Below, in pieces: positions 8,695 through 16,498 of a DNA stretch of 64,000 nucleotides. Origin of the DNA: a bacterium (GTDB taxonomy: Bacteria; Patescibacteriota; UBA1384; CAILIB01); contig JBAXRQ010000002.1 in NCBI GenBank assembly GCA_037131105.1, forward strand, positions 94,100-158,099. The letters run 5' to 3'. How positions within the stretch are numbered: position 1 is the stretch's first letter; each line of letters begins with the position of its first letter. The position numbers were made by a program, and so were the translations under genes. The notes beneath the pieces are model-generated. The model ran no database searches and was not told the DNA's origin. It saw nothing but the letters and a program-made list of their open reading frames with translations.

Positions 8695-9276
8695 CTAGAC
8701 AGTGTGCATGATGTAGAGGAATGCCCCGACTGCGGCGGCGGCCATAAGCACGATAAGAACCGTCATGAGAACAGTCATCAGCCAACCACCACCTTCTTTA
8801 GCAGGTACTACCGGTGCCTGAGGTTGGGCCGCATCGGAACTAGCTGGCAATAGCTTCATCAACATAGCCTGGGACTGCTCGGCCCGTCCCCGCCAGACGC
8901 CAAGCTCCTCGCGAGCCTGAGAATGCTTGACCACTTCATCATTGTATTTGTCCTCGTACATGTCGGCCTTCTTCTGCCAATACTCATGGGCAGCGCCTGA
9001 CTCACCGGCCACTGCCACCCGGATGGCATGGGTAGGAATCGAAGCCGGCTCTGTAGCATCAGACTCCTCGTCCACAGGAACGCTCTCAGGCTTGATTTCA
9101 ATTGGAGCACCGCTGTAGAAGGCGCGTACCTGGTCAGGATCCACCATGTAAATAAAGCCGGTCAGGGTCTTCTCCTTGTGAAAAGGAATCTTGCCCGCTT
9201 TGATCAGGCGACGCAGGGTGACTTCTGATTTGCCAGCCGCGGCGGCGGCCCGGTCCAGCTGCATGAGTTCGGCCAT
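8695..9276 (-). CDS. MerR/excisionase-like HTH + coiled coil + C-terminal TM protein
   Basis: MAELMQLDRAAAAAGKSEVTLRRLIKAGKIP (HTH), heptad region, C-terminal hydrophobic helix; start moved to ATG 9276. Confidence 0.7.
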   Translation of the reverse strand: MAELMQLDRAAAAAGKSEVTLRRLIKAGKIPFHKEKTLTGFIYMVDPDQVRAFYSGAPIEIKPESVPVDEESDATEPASIPTHAIRVAVAGESGAAHEYWQKKADMYEDKYNDEVVKHSQAREELGVWRGRAEQSQAMLMKLLPASSDAAQPQAPVVPAKEGGGWLMTVLMTVLIVLMAAAAVGAFLYIMHTV

Positions 9277-9340
9277 GGGTAGTAAAAGACTAGGCTTGAA
9301 TAGAACTAGTATAACGAATTCGAGCCACCTGAGTATACAC

Positions 9341-11935
9341 TCAGCCAATCAGCTGCCCGGACTCCTCAGGTGCGGCTGGCACTGGCGCCTCCTCTACCCT
9401 CTGTACACGAAATATTGAGCGCATGGTCTGTTGGTCGACGGCAGCGAGCAGCTGGGTAAATAGCCGATACCCCTCGGACTTATAAGCTACGAGCGGATCA
9501 TTCTGGGCATAGCCCTGCAGTCCGATACCGGTGCGCAACTCCTGCATGGTGTTGAGGTGCTCGACCCAGAGCAGGTCAATGGTACGCAGGTAGATGCTCC
9601 TTAGTACGTTGCCAAAGTGTTCGCCGAACTCGGTCTTCTTGCTGGCGTAGACCTCTTCAAAGAGATGACTGAGCCGTCCCTCCACTGCCGCGTCGCTCTG
9701 AAAGTCATCGAGCTCCTTATGCAGCACCTGGACAGCCTGGTCAGAAAGACCCAGCATGGCATGGACATCGCGGGACAGCTGTTCCAGATTCCATTCGTGC
9801 TTACCGCCGGAGGCGTGTACACCAGCCAAATGACGGGCCTCGCCGGCCATAGCTGCCTCCACCAGACTCTCGATCTCCTCATTGTTCTCAGCAGCAGCCA
9901 CCAGGGCCTTGCGCCGGCGCTTGTAGATCACCTCGCGGTGGCGGTTCATGACGTCGTCAAACTGGACTAGACGCTTTCGCATGTCAAAGTTATGGCCTTC
10001 CACCTTCTTCTGGGCCGACTCGATGGTACGGGAGATCATCTTGTGCTCAATGGCATCGTCGTCAGGAACGCCCATGACATCCAGCCAGTGCTTCATCCGC
10101 TCACCACCAAAGATACGCATCAGATCATCGTCGGTAGAAATGAAGAACTGGGAGGAACCGGCGTCACCCTGGCGTCCAGCCCGACCGCGCAGCTGGTTGT
10201 CGATACGGCGGGATTCGTGGCGCTCAGTACCCAATACGTGCAGGCCACCTAGCCTCAGCACCTCATCGTGGGCCATCTGCCAATCGCTGTGAGCCACTTC
10301 GTAACCTGCAGCGGTGTCGAAATCAGCCCTACGTGGAGGGACGCCACCCAACATGATGTCCGTACCTCGACCGGCGAGGTTCGTGGCGAGGGTGACGGCG
10401 TTCTTGCGGCCAGCCTGGGCAATGATATGGGCCTCGCGCTCGTTGTTCTTGGCATTGAGGATCTCATGCTTGATGCCCCCCTTCTTCAGGGCCTCGGCCA
10501 GCCGCTCATTCTTCTCAATAGAGATAGTACCGATCAGAATAGGCTGTCCAGCCTGATGACGCTCCTTGATGCTGGCTACCAATGCCTTAAACTTGCCCTG
10601 CTCGCTCTTGTAGATCTGGTCGGGCAGGTCCTTGCGCACCATAGGACGGTTCGTAGGAATCGGGATAACCTCGAGTCCGTAGATCTTAATGAACTCCTCT
10701 TCCTCAGTCTTGGCGGTACCGGTCATACCTGAAAGCTTGGTATAGAGGCGGAACAGGTTCTGGAATGAGATGGTCGCGAGCGTATCGGACTCGCGCTGCA
10801 CCTTCACGCCCTCCTTGGCCTCAATAGCCTGGTGCAAACCCTCACTGTAGCGGCGTCCGGGCATCAGGCGGCCAGTGAACTCATCTACGATGACCACTTC
10901 CCCCTCCTGCACCACGTAGTCCTTATCGCGGCGGAAGAGGATGTTGGCCTTCAAGGCTTCTTCAAGATGATAGGCCAGCGACATTTCTTGGCCGGCATAG
11001 ATATTCTCCACGCCCAGCCACTCCTCCATCTTGGCAAGGCCCGACTGGGTAAGGGAAACTACCTTGTCCTTCTCATCCACCGTATAGTCGTCCTCAGCCT
11101 TCAGACGGGGCACCAGCCTTGAGAACTGTACGTACATGTCAGCCGACTCTTCGGCAGGCCCGGAGATAATAAGCGGGGTACGAGCTTCGTCGATAAGAAT
11201 GGAGTCCACTTCGTCGACAATGGCGTAGAACAGCTCGCGCTGCACCAGGTGTTCCTGGGTGGGCGCCATATTGTCACGCAGGTAGTCGAAACCGAACTCG
11301 TTGTTAGTACCGTAGGTAATGTCGCAGGCGTAGGCCTCCTTGCGGCTGACCGGCACCAGCTCACCCTCCTGGTATTTTAGGGCAGTATCATGCACCACTA
11401 TGCCGACGGTCAGGCCCAAGTAGTCATAGACGGGTCCGTAGTCCTCTACCGCCTTCTTGGCCAGGTAGTCGTTGACGGTGACCAGGTGGACGCCGCGGCC
11501 GGCCAGTGCATTTAAGTAAAGTGGCAAGGTAGCGACCAAGGTCTTACCTTCACCAGTCTTCATCTCAGCAATGTTTCCCAGGTGCAGGGCAATGCCACCC
11601 AGCATCTGGACGTCGAAATGCCGCTGGCCCACCGTCCGCTTGGACGCCTCACGCACGACGGCGAAGGCCTCAGGCAAAATGTGACTGAGGGAGGCATTCA
11701 CCTCTTTTTTCTCGTTCACCCGGTCAGACATCTCCAGCATGGCCAGAGGGTCATGCTCATTCTTGGAAAGGCGCTCCTTGGCCTTTTCCCTGAGCTCGGC
11801 GGTCTTGGCCTTCAGCTTGGCATCAGAGAGCGCAGCCAGTGGCTCCTCGAAAGCATTAATCGCATCGAGAGTCTTCTTATGCTGCTTGAGGAATGCTTTG
11901 GAGCTGTCACCAGCCAACCGATCCAATAGGTTCAT
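9341..11935 (-). CDS. secA: Preprotein translocase subunit SecA
   Basis: EMKTGEGKT, VDEVDSILIDEARTP, GRAGRQGD. Confidence 0.98.
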   Translation of the reverse strand: MNLLDRLAGDSSKAFLKQHKKTLDAINAFEEPLAALSDAKLKAKTAELREKAKERLSKNEHDPLAMLEMSDRVNEKKEVNASLSHILPEAFAVVREASKRTVGQRHFDVQMLGGIALHLGNIAEMKTGEGKTLVATLPLYLNALAGRGVHLVTVNDYLAKKAVEDYGPVYDYLGLTVGIVVHDTALKYQEGELVPVSRKEAYACDITYGTNNEFGFDYLRDNMAPTQEHLVQRELFYAIVDEVDSILIDEARTPLIISGPAEESADMYVQFSRLVPRLKAEDDYTVDEKDKVVSLTQSGLAKMEEWLGVENIYAGQEMSLAYHLEEALKANILFRRDKDYVVQEGEVVIVDEFTGRLMPGRRYSEGLHQAIEAKEGVKVQRESDTLATISFQNLFRLYTKLSGMTGTAKTEEEEFIKIYGLEVIPIPTNRPMVRKDLPDQIYKSEQGKFKALVASIKERHQAGQPILIGTISIEKNERLAEALKKGGIKHEILNAKNNEREAHIIAQAGRKNAVTLATNLAGRGTDIMLGGVPPRRADFDTAAGYEVAHSDWQMAHDEVLRLGGLHVLGTERHESRRIDNQLRGRAGRQGDAGSSQFFISTDDDLMRIFGGERMKHWLDVMGVPDDDAIEHKMISRTIESAQKKVEGHNFDMRKRLVQFDDVMNRHREVIYKRRRKALVAAAENNEEIESLVEAAMAGEARHLAGVHASGGKHEWNLEQLSRDVHAMLGLSDQAVQVLHKELDDFQSDAAVEGRLSHLFEEVYASKKTEFGEHFGNVLRSIYLRTIDLLWVEHLNTMQELRTGIGLQGYAQNDPLVAYKSEGYRLFTQLLAAVDQQTMRSIFRVQRVEEAPVPAAPEESGQLIG

Positions 11936-12031
11936 AGGAGGTTCTGTATAGGAGAAAGTTGCATTCGTATGATAGCCGTTCCTACAGAAAAGCGCAAAGG
12001 AGAAGGACAGGTAAGGTCAACGCCCCAAAAC

Positions 12032-12065
12032 AAAACGAAGGCCCGATGATCTGGGTCCTTCGTTT
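12032..12065 (-). terminator. Intrinsic terminator
   Basis: AAACGAAGGCCC...GGGTCCTTCGTTT hairpin. Confidence 0.6.
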
Positions 12066-12099
12066 AGAGGTGCTCGGCCGTAGCCAGGCACCGAGACTT

Positions 12100-12348
12100 T
12101 CACACCAAGTTGGGATCGGGTCTCCACTCTGGACCAGCACTTCTTAGTACTGGCACCTCAACCAACAAATGCTGGTGGTCGCGCCTGGGACGCCATACCC
12201 TTCGAACACTCAGGCTGAAGGCCCTTCCACTGCCCTGAGCACTCCAGACGTACCTTTGCTGCCGGTTTGCTACGATTGCCCCACCGCGATGCGGTTGGGC
12301 ATGTGCTGCTCCTGCGGGTTTCCCCGCAATCGTTACTGCGATTTTCAC
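12100..12348 (-). CDS. Small basic hypothetical protein
   Basis: GTG start after GGGAGGA SD, consensus promoter upstream and terminator downstream. Confidence 0.55.
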   Translation of the reverse strand: MKIAVTIAGKPAGAAHAQPHRGGAIVANRQQRYVWSAQGSGRAFSLSVRRVWRPRRDHQHLLVEVPVLRSAGPEWRPDPNLV

Positions 12349-12395
12349 TTTGTCCTCCCCAATATACGTCCCTTAGCTACGGAACGATTGCCTCT

Positions 12396-12424
12396 TGTAT
12401 AGCAGGAAATCCGAATAATGTCAA
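12396..12424 (-). promoter_or_regulatory. Sigma70-type promoter
   Basis: TTGACA-17-TATACA. Confidence 0.7.
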
Positions 12425-12492
12425 TGCCGGAGTTGCCTCATGGGCTACAAACGTTTAAGGCCCCGGCAACAATGCCAGGGCCTTACGTAAAA

Positions 12493-13065
12493 TCACTTTC
12501 TTCTCGCGCTCCTTGTTTCCCAGAGCTCAAAGCTCTTCATGACGTCTTCTAAGTCTGGGCCAACTTTGGCAACGCCAGCGAGGCTGGCCTTACGGAGTAG
12601 GAGACCTAAGATGTGCAACTCTTCAGCTTCCTGAGCGCTCAACACGTCTTGAGACGGCTTGAGTTGCTTTGCTAATGCCCCCCTCTCCTCTGGAGGACAT
12701 TCCTCTAACTGCCTGCATTTCTCCCAATACATCCCTACTTTAACAAGCAGCTCCTCAATTCTCGGCATGACCAATGACTGTATTCTAGTAAACTCGTCAC
12801 TCCGGTCCAGCTTCAGGTATACGGCATCGTTCCCCGTAATCAGTGCCTCAGCGATAACCGGCTGGTCGCCACTGAGAAATTGGGCCCTATCCGGATAAGC
12901 AGAAGAATCTGCATCCCCCTTAGGGAGCCTTGGGAGAAGAGAGCCATGGCAAAGCTCTAGGTGGTGAAGATTGGGAAGGACGATTTGTATCCCCCGATCG
13001 ACTACCTCCTCCTGCTTGCCGTTCTTGATCACATAGATCGTAGCGCCTCCTGGCAGTCTCGACAT
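12493..13065 (-). CDS. Hypothetical protein
   Basis: ORF with AAAGGGGTG SD before ATG 13065; promoter TTGACT-17-TATGAT at 13104-13132; hairpin at 12456-12485 downstream. Confidence 0.65.
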   Translation of the reverse strand: MSRLPGGATIYVIKNGKQEEVVDRGIQIVLPNLHHLELCHGSLLPRLPKGDADSSAYPDRAQFLSGDQPVIAEALITGNDAVYLKLDRSDEFTRIQSLVMPRIEELLVKVGMYWEKCRQLEECPPEERGALAKQLKPSQDVLSAQEAEELHILGLLLRKASLAGVAKVGPDLEDVMKSFELWETRSARRK

Positions 13066-13155
13066 TAATTCACCCCTTTCAATCAAAATACAAAACAGAG
13101 ACGATCATACAGCATCGTCCTCGCTAAGTCAATCACTCCTGATCAAAAAGGACTC

Positions 13156-14448
13156 TTAGTCCCGCTTCCGGATCTCGCTAAAGCCGGTATAGGGAATCAG
13201 CACCTCAGGAATAGCAATGCTGCCATCCTCGCGCTGGTTGTTTTCTAGAATAGGTATCAGGATACGGGGCGAGGCGAAGGCCGTAGAGTTCAGGGTATGC
13301 ACAAACTCGGTCTCCCCCGTCTGGTCGCCCCCCACCCTACGGAAGCGGATGCCCAGGGTACGGGCTTGGTAGTCGGTGTCATTGGAAGCCGAGCAAGTCT
13401 CGCCGTACTTATCCATGCCGGCCATCCAGGTCTCGACGTCCCATTTCTTAGCCTGGGGCGTGCCAAGATCACCGCCGCAATTCAGTACTACCTGGTACGG
13501 CAGGCCAAGCTTCTGGAGCAAGTCTTCGTGCAATGAAAGCAGCAGCTCGTGCTCTTTCACCGTATCGTCAGGGCGGGCATAGGAGAACATTTCCACCTTA
13601 TTGAACTGGTGTACCCGGTAGAGACCGCGGGTCTCTTTGCCGTAGGTGCCAGCCTCTCGACGGAAGCAGGCGGAAATACCAGCGTAGCGCAGAGGTAGCT
13701 CGGACTCGGAGAGAATCTCGCCGGCATGGTAGTTGGCCAGGGCGACTTCAGCAGTACCGGCTAGGTACAGTCCGTCCCGGTCCACCTTATAGGCGTCGCC
13801 GTCCTGCTCGTCCTCGGGAGCGGCAAAATGACCGGCCCCGTACATGGCCTCGGCTCTTACCAGGTCTGGCACCGACAGCAAGGTAAAGCCCTTGGCCTTC
13901 AAGGTGTCGAGAGCCAGGCGCAGTACCGCCTGCTCCAGGATGACCAGCTCATTCTTCAGATAATAGAACTTAGCACCGGAGACCTTGGCCGCCCTTTTGG
14001 TGTCCAGCAGGTCGAGCTCCTCGCAGAGCACCTCGTGATCTTTGGGGGTAAAGGCGAAGGCAGGCTTCTCCCCCACCGTCTTTACGACTACGTTCTCCTT
14101 GTCGGAGGCACCCTCTGGCACGTCCTCAGTAGGAAGGTTGGGGATCTGGCGCATAAGCACCGTCCAGGACTCGTCCAGAGCGGTCAGGCGGTCCTTGTCG
14201 GCCTTAATGGCATCAGACAGCTCCTTGAGGTCGCCACGCAGCTTCTCGCGATCCTCAGGCGTCGCCTTGGCCATCTCGTTACTGGCCTGGTTCTGCTTGG
14301 CTTGGCGGGTCTCACTTTCCTGACGCAGGGATTTACGCTCAGAATCGACGGTCAACAACCGGTCGACCAGGGAAGGGTCGCCGTGTTTCTTGGTAATGCC
14401 GGCCTTTACCAGGTCGGGATTGTCGCGAATGAGCTTGATGTCGAGCAT
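13156..14448 (-). CDS. serS: Serine--tRNA ligase
   Basis: MLDIKLIR, GTAEV, FRREAG..G...RGLYRVHQF, HTLNST. Confidence 0.97.
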   Translation of the reverse strand: MLDIKLIRDNPDLVKAGITKKHGDPSLVDRLLTVDSERKSLRQESETRQAKQNQASNEMAKATPEDREKLRGDLKELSDAIKADKDRLTALDESWTVLMRQIPNLPTEDVPEGASDKENVVVKTVGEKPAFAFTPKDHEVLCEELDLLDTKRAAKVSGAKFYYLKNELVILEQAVLRLALDTLKAKGFTLLSVPDLVRAEAMYGAGHFAAPEDEQDGDAYKVDRDGLYLAGTAEVALANYHAGEILSESELPLRYAGISACFRREAGTYGKETRGLYRVHQFNKVEMFSYARPDDTVKEHELLLSLHEDLLQKLGLPYQVVLNCGGDLGTPQAKKWDVETWMAGMDKYGETCSASNDTDYQARTLGIRFRRVGGDQTGETEFVHTLNSTAFASPRILIPILENNQREDGSIAIPEVLIPYTGFSEIRKRD

Positions 14449-14512
14449 AGAGAGACGTTAATCCTGCGGGATATGTCTCATACTAGCCGATTCCTTTCCA
14501 GGTGTACAGATC

Positions 14513-14547
14513 AAAAAAAGGTGCCGAGCCTTGCGGCGCAGCACCTT
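14513..14547 (-). terminator. Intrinsic terminator
   Basis: AAGGTGC..GCC-GCAA-GGC..GCACCTT followed by T-tract on minus strand. Confidence 0.75.
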
Positions 14548-14920
14548 CCCTAGAAACATACGAGAACATTTTAACTACCGGGATGACCCCGCCTGAAGGC
14601 TTCTACACCAGGCTGAGGTCTCCCAGGTCTCTCACGTCGGGAGAGACAGTCCGATCAGCCTGGCACCGGGGCTGTACATCCGGCCTTTTTATCGTGTCGC
14701 ACAAGCAAGCACGAAGGAGCAAGGGAATTTAAGAATCGATCGGAGCCTCTGACACATCCTGGGCGGCTGTCAGTACGTCGTCACCGGCAAACCCGTGCTA
14801 GCACACAATGAAACGTGAGCGTTCACCGCTCGAGACGGGTGGGGTGAGTAAATGACTCACCCGCACTCGAGACGTGAACTGTCCTAATCTATGGGCCTCC
14901 TTCCCGGCCCCGTCACATCC
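14548..14920 (-). ncRNA. Putative structured RNA (3' trailer)
   Basis: No credible ORF; nested stems CCGG(G)ATG/CATCCGG, CCCCG/CGGGG, CCAGGCTGA/TCAGCCTGG, GTCTCTC/GAGAGAC and GTTCAC..CTCGAG..GGGTGAGT/ACTCACCC..CTCGAG..GTGAAC. Confidence 0.45.
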
Positions 14921-15310
14921 TTACTTGCGGAAGCAGATTTCCTTGCTCCCCCGCATAAGGTGCACACCCCAAATGTGCAGCTCCACCGGGTGCTTGAGAT
15001 CCGGATAAACGACATCCTGCTGGATGGTCCGGGTATACGTGCGTCGGTCCTTCAGGACGTACGTATCCACGAACCACGGCAGAAGATCATGTTCATCCGG
15101 TTCCGCCTGGAGCCAGACTTCGGCCATCTGGATGCCGCGGTAGTCCATGACCGTCCGGACCCGCTCGAACGGAGCCGCACTCCACTCCTTGTAAGGGAGG
15201 GGGTGGGCCGTCGGCTGGTTGGCACGGTGGACCGCCACAGCAAGAATGACGAAAAGGATGGCCCCGGCGAGGTACGACGCGATTTTCTGAAAGGTATTCA
15301 TAACTATCAT
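14921..15310 (-). CDS. Small exported/membrane hypothetical protein
   Basis: N-terminal hydrophobic segment; AGGAG SD (true start may be ATG 15301). Confidence 0.65.
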   Translation of the reverse strand: MIVMNTFQKIASYLAGAILFVILAVAVHRANQPTAHPLPYKEWSAAPFERVRTVMDYRGIQMAEVWLQAEPDEHDLLPWFVDTYVLKDRRTYTRTIQQDVVYPDLKHPVELHIWGVHLMRGSKEICFRK

Positions 15311-15553
15311 TTCTCCTGCGTACTGGCCCGCCGGCTCGAATTTTCAAACTATTGAGTCGCTTTCAGCGCTCAGGATGGATACTTAGTAGCCTAAGGAACG
15401 CACCCGAACCCGGAACAGCGCTACAAGCGAAACCTGGCGACCAGCAAGCGTCTCAAGGCGGGGTACATCACTACACGCAGTGGATGATCGCCCGAATTCC
15501 TATTACTTGGCGGATTGTCAGTCGTTATCAGGTCTCGCTCGTTTGCAGGAAGA

Positions 15554-15582
15554 GTTATATCATTTTGATTTATATTTGTCAA
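15554..15582 (-). promoter_or_regulatory. Sigma70-type promoter with extended -10
   Basis: TTGACA-17-TATAAC with TG upstream of -10; AT-rich upstream region. Confidence 0.75.
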
Positions 15583-15699
15583 GTATATTTGAAAGGTAAA
15601 TATAAAATAGGAGAATTTATAAGGTTAAAATACTATCTTTTTTACTTTCATTTCAAATTGAATATGGACAAAAGCTATTATTTGTGTCATACTATGAGC

Positions 15700-16494
15700 A
15701 TGGTAAAAATCACTACTTTCCTCAAGCGCATCGGCCTCAGTGACAAAGAGGCGATCATCTATGAGTATCTCCTGAATAAGGGAGAGCTCTCGGTTGCTGA
15801 GCTGAGCCAAGTCAGCCAGCTTAAGCGCGGTGACCTCTATAACGTCCTCTATAGCCTCCGCGACCGCGACCTGGTACAGCAGGTGGACCGCGGACGTAGC
15901 TCCACCTTCTCGGTCACTGACCCTACCCTCCTGAAAAACCAGATCGAGGTACAAAAAGACCGCCTGGCCGAGGCGGAGGCAGCTACCAGCGTCCTCCTCC
16001 CCAAGCTGGTATCCCAGTACACCATCACCTCAAACCGGCCCTCTGTGCGTTACCTCGAAGGACTTCCCGGACTGATAAGCGTCTACGACGAGCTCTTTGC
16101 ATCCAAGGAAAAGGAGTTCCTTCTTCTGCGCTCGGTGTACGACAATACGACCCCGGAGATTTCCGAGGTCATCAACCAGATGGTTGAACGTCAGATCGCC
16201 CAGAAGATGAAGGTGCGCCTGATTGCCCCCCTTGAGGAGAAGAGCAAGCGACGCTACCTGGTCACTGACAAGGAGCGCGGCATCGAGCGTCGCATCGTGG
16301 AGGAAAGCCAGCTCCAGTCCCCCGCCCAGATCATGATCTGGGGTGACTGTGTCGCCATTATTTCCCTGAAGGGCCATACCGTTATTACCCTCATGGAGAA
16401 TGCCGACATCGCTCAGACCTTCCGCAATATGTTCACCTATATGTGGGAAAAGGCCGAGCCTTACCACGATAAGGTAGTGAAGAGTTGGAAATGA
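15700..16494 (+). CDS. TrmB-family transcriptional regulator
   Basis: LKRIGLSDKEAIIYEYLL..GELSVAELS...RGDLYNVLYSL (wHTH), PSVRYLEG, IWGDCVAIIS; start ATG 15694 or 15700. Confidence 0.88.
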   Translation: MVKITTFLKRIGLSDKEAIIYEYLLNKGELSVAELSQVSQLKRGDLYNVLYSLRDRDLVQQVDRGRSSTFSVTDPTLLKNQIEVQKDRLAEAEAATSVLLPKLVSQYTITSNRPSVRYLEGLPGLISVYDELFASKEKEFLLLRSVYDNTTPEISEVINQMVERQIAQKMKVRLIAPLEEKSKRRYLVTDKERGIERRIVEESQLQSPAQIMIWGDCVAIISLKGHTVITLMENADIAQTFRNMFTYMWEKAEPYHDKVVKSWK

Positions 16495-16498
16495 TACC

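Noticed and set aside
9341-9420. SecA lacking the C-terminal zinc-binding motif
   Set aside because: Common variation, not novel
14690-14705. GTGCGACACG on minus strand resembling a group II intron 5' end
   Set aside because: Only ~150 nt before a terminator; no domain V/VI or RT ORF
14548-15550. T-box, tmRNA or RNase P RNA near serS
   Set aside because: No T-box 14-mer, no tRNA-like ends, no GAGGAAAGUCC; a terminator separates it from serS
15352-15693. N-terminal extensions in the ORF track (TrmB, PBP2, UDG, DnaA, histidine kinase)
   Set aside because: They run through promoters or neighbouring genes; downstream ATGs match family starts
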